Assembly: GCA_965287045.1 (NCBI GenBank)
Contig: OZ336885.1
Coordinates: forward strand, 41,292,001 to 41,356,000
From: Carcharhinus amblyrhynchos
Lineage: Eukaryota
Direction: 5' to 3'
Length of the DNA stretch: 64,000 nucleotides
Shown: positions 10,554 to 22,271 of the stretch, in pieces
Position numbering within the stretch: the stretch's first letter is position 1
How the letters are laid out: every line of letters starts with the position of its first letter
The notes under the pieces: generated by a model
Told to the model about the DNA's origin: nothing
The model's database searches: none
The model's input: only the letters and a program-made list of their open reading frames with translations
Position numbers and translations under genes: made by a program

Positions 10554-12371
10554 GTGTGTTTATGTGCAAACGAGACAGTCTTTTGGCTGGATATGAACAA
10601 TGACATGGAAGTCATCATCAAGAAGTATAAGACATGTCAAAGGAAGAGGCTGGCTAGGGTGAACGTTGGTCCTTTAGAGGATGAGAAAGGGGACCTAGTG
10701 GTAGGGGATGGGGATATGGCTAAGGTATTGAATAACTTTTTTGTTTCTGTCTTCACGGAGGAGGACGTGAATAATTTGCCGGGTGTTAGCGATGGAAAGG
10801 TGGTAGGACTGGAGGGTCTTAATGACATTACTGTTACTGGAGAGGCGGTGCTCGACAGACTGGAGGGGCTGATTGTGGACAAGTCCCCAGGACCGGATGG
10901 AATGCATCCGAGGGTTCTGAAAGAAATGGCGGAGGTGATAGTGAATGCCTTGGTGGTTATTTTCCAGACGTCGCTGGATTCCGGGGAAGTGCCGGAGGAT
11001 TGGAAAACGGCTCATGTTACGCCGTTGTTTAAGAAGGGTGCCAGGCAAAAGGCGGGGAATTATAGGCCGGTTAGTTTAACAGCTGTGGTAGGTAAAATGT
11101 TAGAATCCATCATTAAGGAGGAAATTGCGAGGCATCTTGAAGGGAATTGCTTGATAGAGCAGACGCAGCACGGTTTCATTAAAGGGAAGTCGTGTCTGAC
11201 AAATTTACTGGAGTTCTATGAGGATGTGTCTAGGGCGGTGGATAGAGGAGAGCCGGTGGATGTGGTCTTTCTGGATTTTCAGAAGGCGTTTGACAAAGTA
11301 CCTCACAAGAGGTTATTGCAGAAGGTCGAGGGACATGGATTTGGGGGTAGGGTGTTAGCGTGGATAGAGGATTGGTTGTCAAATAGGAGGCAGAGAGTGG
11401 GGGTCAACAGGTGCTATTCGGATTGGCGGATGGTGACTAGTGGAGTGCCCCAGGGGTCGGTGCTGGGGCCTCAGCTTTTTACCATTTATATAGATGATCT
11501 GGAGGAGGGAACCGAGTGTAGGGTGTCGAAATTTGCTGATGACACCAAAATTGGTGGAAAGGCAAATTGTGCGGAGGGTGTGGAGAGTCTACAGAAGGAT
11601 CTAGATAGGCTGGGCGAATGGGCCAGGAAATGGCAAATGGAATTTAATGTTGGCAAGTGCGAGGTGGTCCACTTTGGTAGGAATAATGGTAGGAAGGATT
11701 ATTACTTACGTGGAGAAAAACTGCAGCAGGCGACAGTGCAGGGGGACCTCGGGGTCCTTGTGCATGAGTCGCAAAAACCCAGCTTGCAGGTGCAGCAGGT
11801 GGTCAGGAAGGCGAATGGGATGCTGGCCTTCATAGCGAGGGGGATTGAATATAAAAGTAGGGAGGTCTTGCTGCGGCTGTATAGGGCATTGGTGAGGCCG
11901 CAGCTGGAGTACTGTGTGCAGTTTTGGGCGCCGCACCTGCGCAAAGATATTTTGGCCTTGGAGGGAGTGCAGAGGAGGTTTACTAGGCTGATACCGGAGT
12001 TGAGGGGGTTGAGCTATGAGGAGAGGCTGAATAAACTAGGCTTGTACTCGTTAGAGTTTAGAAGAATGAGGGGAGATCTCATTGAGACGTATAAGATGAT
12101 GAATGGGATGGATAGGATAGAGGTGGAGAGACTCTTCCCGCTCAAAAAAGACAGTAGGACTAGGGGGCACAGACTCAAGATAAACGAGGGGAAGTTTAGA
12201 ACGGAGTTGAGGAGGAACTTCTTCACTCAAAGGGTGGTGAATCTCTGGAATTCTCTGCCCGTTGAAGTGGTGGAGGCTGCCTCGCTAAATATTTTTAAGA
12301 AGCGGGTTGATGGGTTTTTGATAAGAGAGGGGATTAAGGGTTATGGGGAGAGGGCGGGAAAGTGGAACTGA
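10554..12371 (+). CDS. Chimeric 605-aa ORF: Gypsy integrase Zn-finger remnant fused to an uninterrupted, 5'-truncated CR1 ORF2 reverse transcriptase
   Basis: RT motifs KSPGPDG, NYRPVSLT, QHGF, FLDFQKAFDKV, GVPQGSVLGP, FADD, then the CR1 C-terminus RNFFTQRVVNLWNSLP. No endonuclease domain; annotated start is GTG. Confidence 0.85.
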   Translation: MCLCANETVFWLDMNNDMEVIIKKYKTCQRKRLARVNVGPLEDEKGDLVVGDGDMAKVLNNFFVSVFTEEDVNNLPGVSDGKVVGLEGLNDITVTGEAVLDRLEGLIVDKSPGPDGMHPRVLKEMAEVIVNALVVIFQTSLDSGEVPEDWKTAHVTPLFKKGARQKAGNYRPVSLTAVVGKMLESIIKEEIARHLEGNCLIEQTQHGFIKGKSCLTNLLEFYEDVSRAVDRGEPVDVVFLDFQKAFDKVPHKRLLQKVEGHGFGGRVLAWIEDWLSNRRQRVGVNRCYSDWRMVTSGVPQGSVLGPQLFTIYIDDLEEGTECRVSKFADDTKIGGKANCAEGVESLQKDLDRLGEWARKWQMEFNVGKCEVVHFGRNNGRKDYYLRGEKLQQATVQGDLGVLVHESQKPSLQVQQVVRKANGMLAFIARGIEYKSREVLLRLYRALVRPQLEYCVQFWAPHLRKDILALEGVQRRFTRLIPELRGLSYEERLNKLGLYSLEFRRMRGDLIETYKMMNGMDRIEVERLFPLKKDSRTRGHRLKINEGKFRTELRRNFFTQRVVNLWNSLPVEVVEAASLNIFKKRVDGFLIREGIKGYGERAGKWN

Positions 12372-12458
12372 GCCACGACAGATCAGCCATGATCTTATTG
12401 AATGGCGGGGCAGGCTCGAAGGGCTAGATGGCCTACTCCTGCTCCTATTTCTTATGTT
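10641..12458 (+). mobile_element. Young CR1 LINE (family A), 5'-truncated, ~1.8 kb
   Basis: Open RT frame; 3' UTR GATCAGCCATGATCTTATTGAATGGCGG...CCTACTCCTGCTCCTATTTCTTATG. Confidence 0.95.
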
Positions 12459-12993
12459 AAGAGAGTATGCCAAGTCAGCACAAAGAACCACCAATTCCAC
12501 ATGAAGTTCTGACTGATCACTTTGTCCAATATATCATCTGACCTCTTTCATGTCCAAGGCACTAACTTCACTGTCATCATCGACTGTTTCATGAAACACC
12601 CCATTATTTGACAGTTGCACAATATGTCATGCACAGTTGTTGAGCACACTCTAAGTTCCATTTTCAGTTTATTTGGTGTGCCTAGAGAGATCGTTAAATA
12701 TAATTATTAGTTATCCAGTGCAGGATATCTCTGAGAAGTGGAATATCAATCACTTCTCCTCATTTCTCTTGATCTATCAGTTGAGCTGAAGGTATGATTT
12801 GCATTGTGAAATCCCAAATTCATGTGATCGAGACATTGCAGTGTTACACCCGAGTGCAACCAATCTATCACTTGAAGAGCTCATGTTTGGCAGACCAGCA
12901 TATGCCAATCTACCTCTTCTTATTGTGATAACTTAGGAATCCCAACTGGAAAGGAATATAGTTAATTTACAGAATGAAAAATAAAACCATTAC

Positions 12994-13228
12994 TGTAATA
13001 TACACACACTAGTTCCTTCCTGGGACAATTAGTTCAGCAGGCCCATTCCGGGGCCTGCCTTACAAAAGACTTAGCGTAATGAGTCCCAGCTGGGCAAGAT
13101 ATTACCTGTTACCAAGGGAACTCGTACTCAACCAGCCTCACAGGGAGATCAATCAGTGATTCCTCATGGATCTCATGGGGATTGTCATACTTACCTATTC
13201 CACTATATCAGAAAATGAAGTTTTAACA
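12994..13228. mobile_element. Probable solo LTR inserted in the Gypsy integrase region
   Basis: TGTAAT...TTAACA ends; interrupts sequence that resumes as YKRR*PTC...LQLGQEVCIQH, typical of the post-integrase region. Confidence 0.4.
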
Positions 13229-13691
13229 CTATAAGAGAAGATAACCAACATGCAAGGTAAAAAGACAGGTACAGAATTGCAAAGTTTACAGTTGGGCCAA
13301 GAAGTTTGCATTCAGCATGCCTCAAAAGGGGCATGACAACCAGCTGAGGTAACAAAGAATTGTTCAGAACCAAGGTGCTATAAAGTCACTACAAACAAAG
13401 GCATGATGATGAGATGTAACCAGGCACAAATCAAACCCATTCCAGCTCCTCTACCACCATATAGTCCTATTGTGTCTTGGACAAGATCACAAATGCAACC
13501 AGGTGCAATATCCTGGACAATGTTACCATTACAAGACCCAGGTGTACTAACAGATTCCCATAATGTTTTAAAGACTCGTAGATTCACCATATACACTTAT
13601 GCAATGGTTTCTAAACATGACCATGTATTATAAATAATTATGCCTCTTTGGAAGGGGGAAAGGGAAAAAAATCTTTAAAAAGAAAGAGGGA

Positions 13692-13938
13692 TGCTGTAAT
13701 ATGCTTTTCAGGATAGAAGGATGAAATCGCTAAAGGAAAGCACTTTAGGCGATCTAATTTAGTTTCACTTTTGCTTTTAAGCAAAGCACATAGTGGTCAG
13801 ATTTGCTCTTGGTGCTTTCAAGATTTATAGCTCTGTAAAACTGTCCCATGTCCCTTGTCTCAATGAATGAAACCACAACGTGTTTGTACAATTACTTATA
13901 AGCAACTGGTGCATTTATACAATAATGTAAACACAATA
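13692..13938 (+). repeat. 3' LTR
   Basis: Preceded by a purine tract; collinear with the 5' LTR but clearly diverged. Confidence 0.85.
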
Positions 13939-14907
13939 GTTCTCTGCCAGGTTCCAACAAGTTTGGTCTCCTGGAACATCTTGGATGTTAAAATTGATTA
14001 ATTAAATCAATAAAAAACAAGTAAATAAAAAGGGGTGAACATGCAGAAAACACTTAATCACAACCTTGGTTCAGGTAAAATCACTCATTGTCCTATTGCT
14101 CTTGTCTTGAAGACATCCCCATCTATCTCATTCCCCAAAGTTTTGTGGACTAAAACACATTGGGAATTGTACTGATACCCTTTTTATTCCTAGATCTGGT
14201 CTTATGGATTTTGTCTCAATTCCCTAGTATATTTTTATGATCTATTTCTGAGTTAGATTCCATTACTAAACTGTCATTACCTCCAATTCTCCTCTCCATT
14301 CTCCAGAATTATGCTAACTAAGAATATTAAGTTCCCATTTTTAGCCAAGTCTATGTTAAGCTCCTGTTGATAGCAAAGTCAAAATTTTTAGTGCTTCTAA
14401 CTCTGAACTTCGTTTTGAATGTTTTTTTTAACACACACCACCACTTGACTCCATTTTTTTATTGTGATGTTCTCTCTTGCATTATATCATGATTGTTTAC
14501 TTATAGATAAAAGGTACATTTTGTTACTATTGTTTCATACAGATAATGCCCCTTTAAATGATTAGGTTTTAACAATTGAGTTGAAAATATATAAATTATA
14601 AACGCTAAATGGTATTGTCATGATAAGGATACAAATAATGTTGACCAGACAATGAAACAGAATAAAAATCCTTTCTTTATAAATCTTCACCACTTAATTA
14701 AGCTACTTAGCTCACAAAAGGTTTACAAAATAACTACATAAACAGTTTCCTGGGCCTTTGCATATGGAGTGATAATAGCCTTTAAAGGGATGACAATACA
14801 TTTTGCACAAAAATAGCAAAAGCTTGTAAATGCACTTTAACAATGTTGTATGTAAAGCATACTTCTGTGAACTGTATCTGTCTAATTTATTTGCATGCCG
14901 GTAACAT

Positions 14908-15330
14908 AGGGCTGGATTTTGTGGCTTGGGGGCGGGAGGTGGGGGGTGGTGGGCAGGCAAGCAGAACAGAAATTTAGTGGTCTATTCAATCCCACGTCAC
15001 CATCTCAGATCATCCAGTCCAGCATTGCATGGCTAATTAGTGACTATCCAATGGTAAAAAGGCCAATTAGACTTGCCAGAGTGGGGGGGTGGGGGGTGGG
15101 GAATGCACCTGGGGGTGGGGGGGAGGGGTGGGGGGGAGGGGTGGGGCCGTGTGCAGGATGTCATGCTGCAGAGAAATAAAGCCACAGGCAGGAAGTTTGC
15201 CATGAATACAAGTTTAAAGGATCCCTCCCGTCCGAATGTGTCTTTAATTTTTATTGATCGCTCAAAAACGATTTAAAAACAAACTCATGCAGACTCCATC
15301 ACCTTTGCCAGCAAAATCTGCTGCTACGTT
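14908..15330. mobile_element. MITE-like element containing long G-runs
   Basis: Begins GGGCTGGATTTT, ends near GCAAAATCTG; G-tract cluster at 15081-15146. Confidence 0.4.
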
Positions 15331-15892
15331 CAACCTTGGCCCTAGTGACTGGCCTTTTCATCTGCCTTTGTGTCATCTCATCACAGTGAGACATTCCAAA
15401 CATTTTCATAACTCCAAAAAGAAAACATAGGTCATAGGTAGAGGAGGGTACTCACAATGTTAAAATGGCAGCACGGGCTCGTTGGGCCAAAGGGCCTGTT
15501 TCCCGTGCTGTGTTGTTCTTTGTTCTTTGTTCTTTGTAAAACAAATGATCAGGTCTTTAATAAGCTCAATAACTTGTTAAATAGTTATTTCAAAATGGCA
15601 AGCAGCCTGCCAATTTCTGTCCTATTTCACCTTCCAGAATTTTGGAGACTGGCGTTATGATACAGCATTGTTGATGCTACATCATCATGCCTTATTATAT
15701 TTCCGCACAGGGCAGGACTGATTTGTGACAGCAAGCTCCAGCCCGTAATATTCTCCTTTTGAAAGGCACGTATAACTTTTGAATTATTACGTATAAAATA
15801 ACAGAAGTGATTGCATGGCAGCATTCTGTTTGAAGATATCAAATCAAATTACAGTTTTGTAATAGCTTGTTTTGTGACAAAGAATTACTCAC

Positions 15893-15934
15893 CAGGTGTT
15901 AGTGTCTTCCACTTGGTCATGTTGCTGTCCAAAA
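15893..15934 (-). other. Candidate 42-nt exon
   Basis: Acceptor gcttttcttcag, donor CTG|gtgagt; two frames open. Confidence 0.3.
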
Positions 15935-16688
15935 CTGAAGAAAAGCCCACAGATTGACATGCCTCTAAAACATTTTGCACGAACAATTAAATATTTCTGA
16001 GCAGTATACTGAGTCCAAAAGTGACAGAGCTCAATGGGTTCATAACCAACAGCTCCAGTAGTGTATATCTCAATGTATTTTCTTTGCTAACTCCCGTTTC
16101 CCCCCATGGATAATTAAAGATTGAAACAATCTTACACAAACTTAATCTCCATTCCCTCTAAGGATTCATTGAAGGAAAATCCGTTGAACTTTTTGAATTA
16201 ATGTGACGATCAACTGCACTCATTTTGCACCTCCTATGAAAATCCCCTCGTGGAAGATATCAAGTGCAGTGAGATGAATCACATTAAGGCTTATAACATC
16301 TGAACGGCAAGTTTCTATTTCAGTGTTGAAATCACTGCTCGCTGTCTGTTATTGGTTATGACCTATATTCTTCATTTTATTCCAATGTTTTCATTTCCTT
16401 TTTAAATTTTCCTTTGTGTCTTGAGTCACAGCTGGCATAGAAATCAATTTTTAAAGCATTTTCCATTCCTGCTGCATGTGAAATTTCCACAAGATTGTTG
16501 CCAGTTGTAATATATTGCTTACAAGATTATTTTAAAACAAGCTGCAATTTATTTGGTTGCAGTTTAGTATCGATGCTTAAGTTGCAGGTTGCAGAGGGAA
16601 AAGTTACCTTCCAGCAAAAGCAGAGGTGGGAGAGAAATGGTCTGTGATTGTAAGAGCAGCTACTTGTAGATATTTCACTGGCACTTAC

Positions 16689-16715
16689 CTGTATTTTGAA
16701 TGGTGAGGTCCTGGC
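16689..16715 (-). other. Candidate 27-nt exon
   Basis: Acceptor cctctctatctag, consensus donor CAG|gtaagt. Confidence 0.25.
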
Positions 16716-16929
16716 CTAGATAGAGAGGCATGGTAGACCAAGTTGTGGCCTGCGGGCCATGTGGTGGTCCAGTCTATGCTATAACATGAATACAGTAGTT
16801 CCACCATTGTTTCAACACAACAAATTGGCCATAATAATATTATGTTGTGGGCACAGGGCAAGTTAACAATGCATATATTGAAAACTCCTATCTTAGTGCT
16901 ATTTATAGGTGTAACAGGCACAACAAAGA

Positions 16930-17292
16930 GGAGGGAGGCAATCTTCAAGTGGTATTATCGCTGCACTATTAATCCAGAAACTCAGCTAATGTTCTGGGGA
17001 TCCAGGCTTAAATCCCACCACAGCAGATAGTGGAATTTGAATTCAATAAAAAAAATCTGTAATTAAGAATCTATTGATGACCATGAATCCATTGTCAATT
17101 GTCAGAAAAACCCACCTGGCTTGCTCATATCCTTTGGGGAAAGAAATCTGCCATCCTTACTTGGTCTGGTCTACATGTGACTCCAGAGCCACAGCAATGT
17201 GGTTGACTCTCAATTGTTCTCAGACGACAAGGATTGGGCAATAAATGCTGGCCAGCCAGCAATGCCCATGTCCTAAGAACGAATAAAAAAAA
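16930..17292 (+). mobile_element. tRNA-derived SINE carrying the family-B LINE 3' tail
   Basis: tRNA-like head (AGTGGTATT...AAATCCCACCA), central GGTCTGGTCTACATGTGACTCCAG, tail GGGCAATAAATGCTGGCC plus poly-A. Confidence 0.8.
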
Positions 17293-17502
17293 GCACAAAA
17301 ATGAAATTTCCTGTAGAGACAAGATTGACATGAGTGTTTCAATGAAGCATGTGCCCATACCATATTCAACCTTGATTACAGTTTGGGACCTTTATCCATC
17401 TACTTTTAACAGTAAATTGCAAAATCTATACAAATCAGTGTTAGTAGTCTTTAAACTGATGAAATAATTGTCTTAGGAGTGGATTGAATTTTAATTTACT
17501 TC

Positions 17503-17690
17503 TTGAATTTTCCGGTCTTTCCTGCCAGTGGGATCTTCCGGCCCTGCCGATGACAACAATCCCCATGCAGTGGGCTCCCCGGCAAACAGAAGGTGAGAGC
17601 CACGCAAAACACCATAGGCAGCGGCAGGACCGGAAGATCCCACCAGCATGCAATGGTGAGCTACCTCCACTTCTGGAAAACAGGTTGCAG
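17503..17690. mobile_element. Short MITE with internal inverted repeat
   Basis: TGGGATCTTCCGGCCCTGCCG (~17529) pairs with CGGCAGGACCGGAAGATCCCA (~17622). Confidence 0.6.
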
Positions 17691-18764
17691 AGGTCTGGGG
17701 TTTGGGAGGCCTGTTTCTTGTCCTTAGTTTATGAATTCAAAGCTGAAACATGTTCTATATGAATGTATGATAAACAAAATGAACCAAGACTACCAAACCT
17801 ATTAATACCCACCAACTTTTGGAAAGTGAGGATTTTCCTTCGCCCTCTCTAATTTCTCATTTTAACTTCTGTGGTGAGACATAAGACTTATAGACATATT
17901 AACACATTTTAGTTGCATTTCATTGGATTGGATATGAGTACTTGGGCATTAGAGTCCATAGTGTTCCAAACCCATATTATTTTATTGGGAATTATATCGG
18001 CATATTTATTGCTTACTGACTTCCCAATTCAACAAACTACAGAGGAACAGACAAATCCTACAAGATGACCAGCCATTTTTAGTTTATGAGGGATAAACAG
18101 ACTCGAGGATAGAGAGGAGGTTAGGACATTTTCTGGACACATCATAACTAAAAAAAAAATCCAGATTGATATTGATGAATTGATAGTAATGGTGATACTA
18201 TACTCTAGACTGATGGAGCAGAACTACTTTTTTTCACATGGCTGGCCAGAATGAATTCCATTTAATTCGGAATTTTCCAAATTCATAACTTTACAACGTG
18301 TAACAATGCGTGCAGCTTAGATGAAATAAAGTTTGTAGATAATTATTTGGAAGACCCTGGTGAGTTTGTACTAATGAGATTCTGTCAGTCCTTTGCAAAA
18401 CTGAAATAGTAAAATAAAAGCATGAAATGTATTTTTCCTTTTGTTTTGGTCGCTACAATGGTTTTTCCGCCACTATTTATAGGGATATTCATAATCAGAG
18501 TCAAGAGTTCAATGCCACTTTATTTCCTGAAACATTTCTAAATAATTCAATTTATTAAATGCTGTAATCCAAAATGGTTCACCTCTGCTCCCAGTTCGTG
18601 AAATTTCTGTCACATCACAAATTACACTGAAAAGGAGTTAAATCACTCCTGAAAAAAATGTTTACCAATTTTCATTACAAAGGAAGTCTAAAAGTATATA
18701 GTATTCTATCTTTTTTTAGATGTCCACAACAGATAGTGTCTGAAGATTATTTTGATGGTTCCAT

Positions 18765-19075
18765 ATGTTATGGAGTTTTATGGCTATTCGACTATAGTAT
18801 ACTTCACTGCTGACCAGGCGACACTCAGAATTCAAGTTCAAGATCTTTATTCAAGCTATAGAAAGGGAACCTGTCAGCCACAAAGATAGACTTCCTGAAT
18901 TACAATGGCAGTTATATACTCTTTCTCTCAACTACAAGTAATTAATATCTACAAATCAAAGGTGTACATTTGTTTATCTCTATGTCCATTCACAACTAAT
19001 AAATGGGATTCCAAAACATATATCATTGGCATATGGTTGTCCAATTACAATTTGAGTTTGTCTACTTAATTATAA
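18765..19075 (-). mobile_element. Probable solo LTR
   Basis: Starts TGTTA; has TTTATT (minus-strand AATAAA) and a TATA-like run. Confidence 0.35.
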
Positions 19076-20135
19076 TGCAAGCAATTTTCCGAAAAATAAA
19101 CTAAGCGCCCAAAGGGCAGGAAAACAGGAGATTTTCCTGCCATTTTTTGGGCAAGCTTAGTTTAATAAATTGCCAGCATTCTGTGCAATAAAAAGGCCGT
19201 CAGATGACTAATGCCAGTGGGGGGGAGAGGGCAGGGGCATATCCCGCCCAAGGGGCCAGCATTGGACTACTGAGAGAGCCAGTGTGCATGCATCAATCTC
19301 CCAGTATACTGGGAGTTCAGTTGACATGTCCCCACCACTCCACATTCACCGGCCATCTGATCACTGGCCTCAGCCCTCCAACTAATAGCCAGCCATGACC
19401 CCCCAACTGGTATCACTGGCCCTGACCCCCTCACCCCTCACAGGTCTGGGCCTTTCTCTCCACCCAATCGTCAGTTCAAACCTCTGCTCCTCTGATCACT
19501 GGCCCTGAACCCCCTCGCTGATGGCCAGCCTCCTTGTAGGTGGCCCTAGTCTCCTGATGGCTGGCCCTGTCCTCGAATCGTCAGTCTTACCACCAGCCCC
19601 TACCTCCCCTCCTGTGAATAGTTCTCTTTAACCCTTCCTCTCCTATTTCCCACATCCCTTGGTCTGGCTCTGGACCTGCCTAGCCCTGCCCCCTCAGGCC
19701 CCATTCCCTTGGCACTGTCCAATAGGCTGTGCCAGTGTGCCAGACTGGCACTGCCAGGGTACCAGGCTGGCGGTGCCAGGCTTGCACTGCCCAAGGGACA
19801 CCCACAGCCCCATCCCTGACCTCTGGGGGGGCCTCAATGGTCTCTGTCCCCTAGTGAGGCCACCACAACTGGTCACTGTTGTTGGGGACCATGTGAGATC
19901 CTTGTTGGTATTGGCCTCTGCTAGTGGAGTTAGAAACATTAGCCAGCCCAGATGGTTGTGTCTGAGGCTCAATAAATAGATACAAATCAAAATTTTTGGA
20001 GTGTAATCAGCCTCTCATTGTTCCCTTGCATGAGGCTGATTACATGGGAAAAAAATGGTTGGGAAGATCACGACCGGCCAGATGCCAGTCACAATTCCCG
20101 CTTTTGGCCACCTGCTGACATTTTCTGACCCACTG
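19075..20135 (+). mobile_element. Non-autonomous Harbinger-type element
   Basis: Same family as 8874-9720. Confidence 0.6.
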
Positions 20136-20139
20136 CGCT

Positions 20140-20900
20140 GCTTCAGCATCACTTTCTGGAGAACATCTCATAGAGATGTCCCTACTGCAATCAGAAGCAG
20201 GGACAGTCCAGGTCTCCAGCACTTTGTGGGCTGCTGGAGACCAGCCACCTGCTCATTTCCAGTCAGATGGTGAGCCTCTAGGGGCAGCTGTCAACTCACT
20301 AGTGAAGATGCAAATGGAGGCAGCAGAATATTGGGCTGAGTTTCAACAATTACTCAGCGCACCATGCTGAATGATAGAGATGTCCATTCACATTCTGTTT
20401 GGTGTGATGGCTCTGATCTGCACGCACCTTGCGATCACCATGGGAAGGTTGGCAACCACCATAGAGACCTTGCTGCAGAAGATCCTGCCAGATATGTACT
20501 CGCGTATGGCCACACACTCTGCTGGGCATCATCAGAATATAGTCCACATGGAAATGAGGCAAATTGACTCTCTGTCCAGGTGCCCTATCTCCTACATAAG
20601 TCAGGTCAGAACCCTCTGGCACCCACAGGGAGGATGAGTATCATCCAGACTTCTGTCTCCACCACCTAGAAGCCTCCACTCAGAGCGCTACAAGGTATGC
20701 AACCATTCAGAGACCCTTACGCCCGTGCTCTCTTCTGTCCCTGAGCAGGGCCCTCCAAACTCAGGCTACCAAAGGATACCTGCCAGTATCAGTTAGATAT
20801 CAGTTAGTTGGCTACCTCCACCCCTGCTGCAGGTTTTTGGTGGTGAGACAGGAAGTGCATGACCCTGCATGATCACAGTGTAGCCCTCATGGGATTAAAA
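20140..20900 (+). pseudogene. Relic of the C-terminal part of a Harbinger Myb/SANT-like gene
   Basis: GDQPPAHFQSDGEPLGAAVNSLVKMQ aligns with GHGSVESKADGEPPDWVLNQLLELL read on the minus strand at ~55620-55695. Confidence 0.5.
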
Positions 20901-21444
20901 GTCCAATTGACACATTTAAAGACATCCAGAAAGGTATAATTCTCTGCAAGCCAGGAACATTTTACTCGCTGGCTGAGAGGAGAATTTGGGAACTATAACA
21001 GCTACCATCTGTCATACCTATCATCTGGATCCCTGCAACTGATACCATTCCCTCTCCACTTGGCAGCTGTATTGCTGGAGCTCCTGCCACCTGCTCTCTA
21101 CCTATTGTTCACTCAAGCTGCTGCAACACTGTACAAAAGAGGAAAATATTTGTGTTAAACAGTGGCCCCACGGTTCATGAATTCTTCCCTGCAGATTCAC
21201 CTCAAGACTACCTGGGAGCAGCAGAAGGCCCTGTTTCCCATGGATGACAGCAGGAGACTACTTCCTGAGCACTTTTGACCTGTGAGGGGGAGCCTTATAC
21301 TTCACAACAGCCACACACTGATCTCCAGCTACCCAACATAGTCAATTCCATCCTTGACATTCACAGCAGAGAACGTTTTGATATAGCCATGGTCATGGAC
21401 ACTCCCACAATGATCCTGGAACAGGAAGTGTAACCCGGTTAAAC

Positions 21445-21798
21445 TTATAAAATTCTAACGGGGTTAGACAGGGTAGATTCAGTAAGTATGTTCCTGCTGG
21501 TGGGAGAATCCAGAACAAGGGATCATAATTTGAGGATAAGAGGTAAACCTTGTAAAGTTGAGGTGAGGAGAAATTTCTTCACCCGGAGAGTGGTGAATGT
21601 ATGGGATTCACTCCCATAGAGAGTAGTTGAGGCCAAAACATTGTCTGATTTCAAGAAGAAATTAGATATATCTTTTGGAGCTAAAGGGATCAAGGGATAT
21701 GGGGGGAAACAGGATATTGAATTCAATGGGCAGTCATGATGATAATGAAGGGCTGAATGGCCTACTTCCACTTCTAGTTTCTATGTTTCTGTGTTTCT
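21445..21798 (+). mobile_element. CR1 LINE 3' fragment (older subfamily)
   Basis: GAGGAGAAATTTCTTCACCCGGAGAGTGGTGAATG (RNFFTRRVVN); tail (TTTCTATG)n. Confidence 0.9.
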
Positions 21799-22032
21799 AA
21801 TCCATCACTATGCACTCTCTCTTAATCAACTTTGACTTTCCCTCTGTTACACTCAAACCTCACTCCATCATCCTTTCCCTATTTCAGTAGACTTTTAATA
21901 CTCCCTCATTAATACTTCAGTTTCACCCTGGCACAATGGAACTTCCCCCACCCTCCGTTACTCTCAACTTGCCATCCATCCACTTTGGCCATCCTATGGT
22001 CTAGCTTTTTCTCTCTGACTCCATGACACTTG

Positions 22033-22271
22033 ATGTGGAGATGACGGCGTTGGACTGGGGTAAACAGAATAAGAAGTCCGACAACACCAGGTTTAAGTCC
22101 AACCGATTTATTTGATTGTAAACTCACAAGCTTTCGAGGTTTCCCTCTTCGTCAGGTGAATGGAGAGTACTGTCCATTCACCTGACGAAGAGGGAAACCT
22201 CGCAAGCTTGTGAGTTTACTTTCAAATAAATCAGTTGGACTTAAACCTGATGTTGTCAGACTTCTTACTGT
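22033..22271. mobile_element. Palindromic Penelope-derived mini-insertion with a 12-bp TSD
   Basis: 99-bp arms 22070-22168 and 22169-22267 (7 mismatches, no loop); TCCATGACACTT duplicated on both sides. Confidence 0.9.
22124..22159 (-). ncRNA. Minimal type-I hammerhead ribozyme motif
   Basis: Minus strand UCAC-CUGACGA-A-GAGG-GAAA-CCUC-GAAA-GC-UU-GUGA: catalytic core, stem I, stem II and a palindromic AGCU stem III. Confidence 0.65.

Larger units (their letters stand above)
7928..13938 (+). mobile_element. Old Gypsy/Ty3 LTR retrotransposon with both LTRs, internally deleted and heavily nested
   Basis: 5' LTR 7928-8169 (TG...CA) followed by a TGG PBS; 3' LTR 13692-13938 preceded by the PPT AGAAAGAGGGA. 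Gag-like FPSLNWNATDLLSEFTIFKQ at ~8660; integrase-like VFWLDMNNDMEVIIKKYKTCQ (10554-10640) resumes as ESMPSQHKEPPIPHEV...SDLFH at 12461. Confidence 0.85.

Noticed and set aside
10637-12500. Antisense and alternate-frame ORFs over CR1 copies
   Set aside because: Shadows of the CR1 ORF2; they recur in each copy only because the copies are young.
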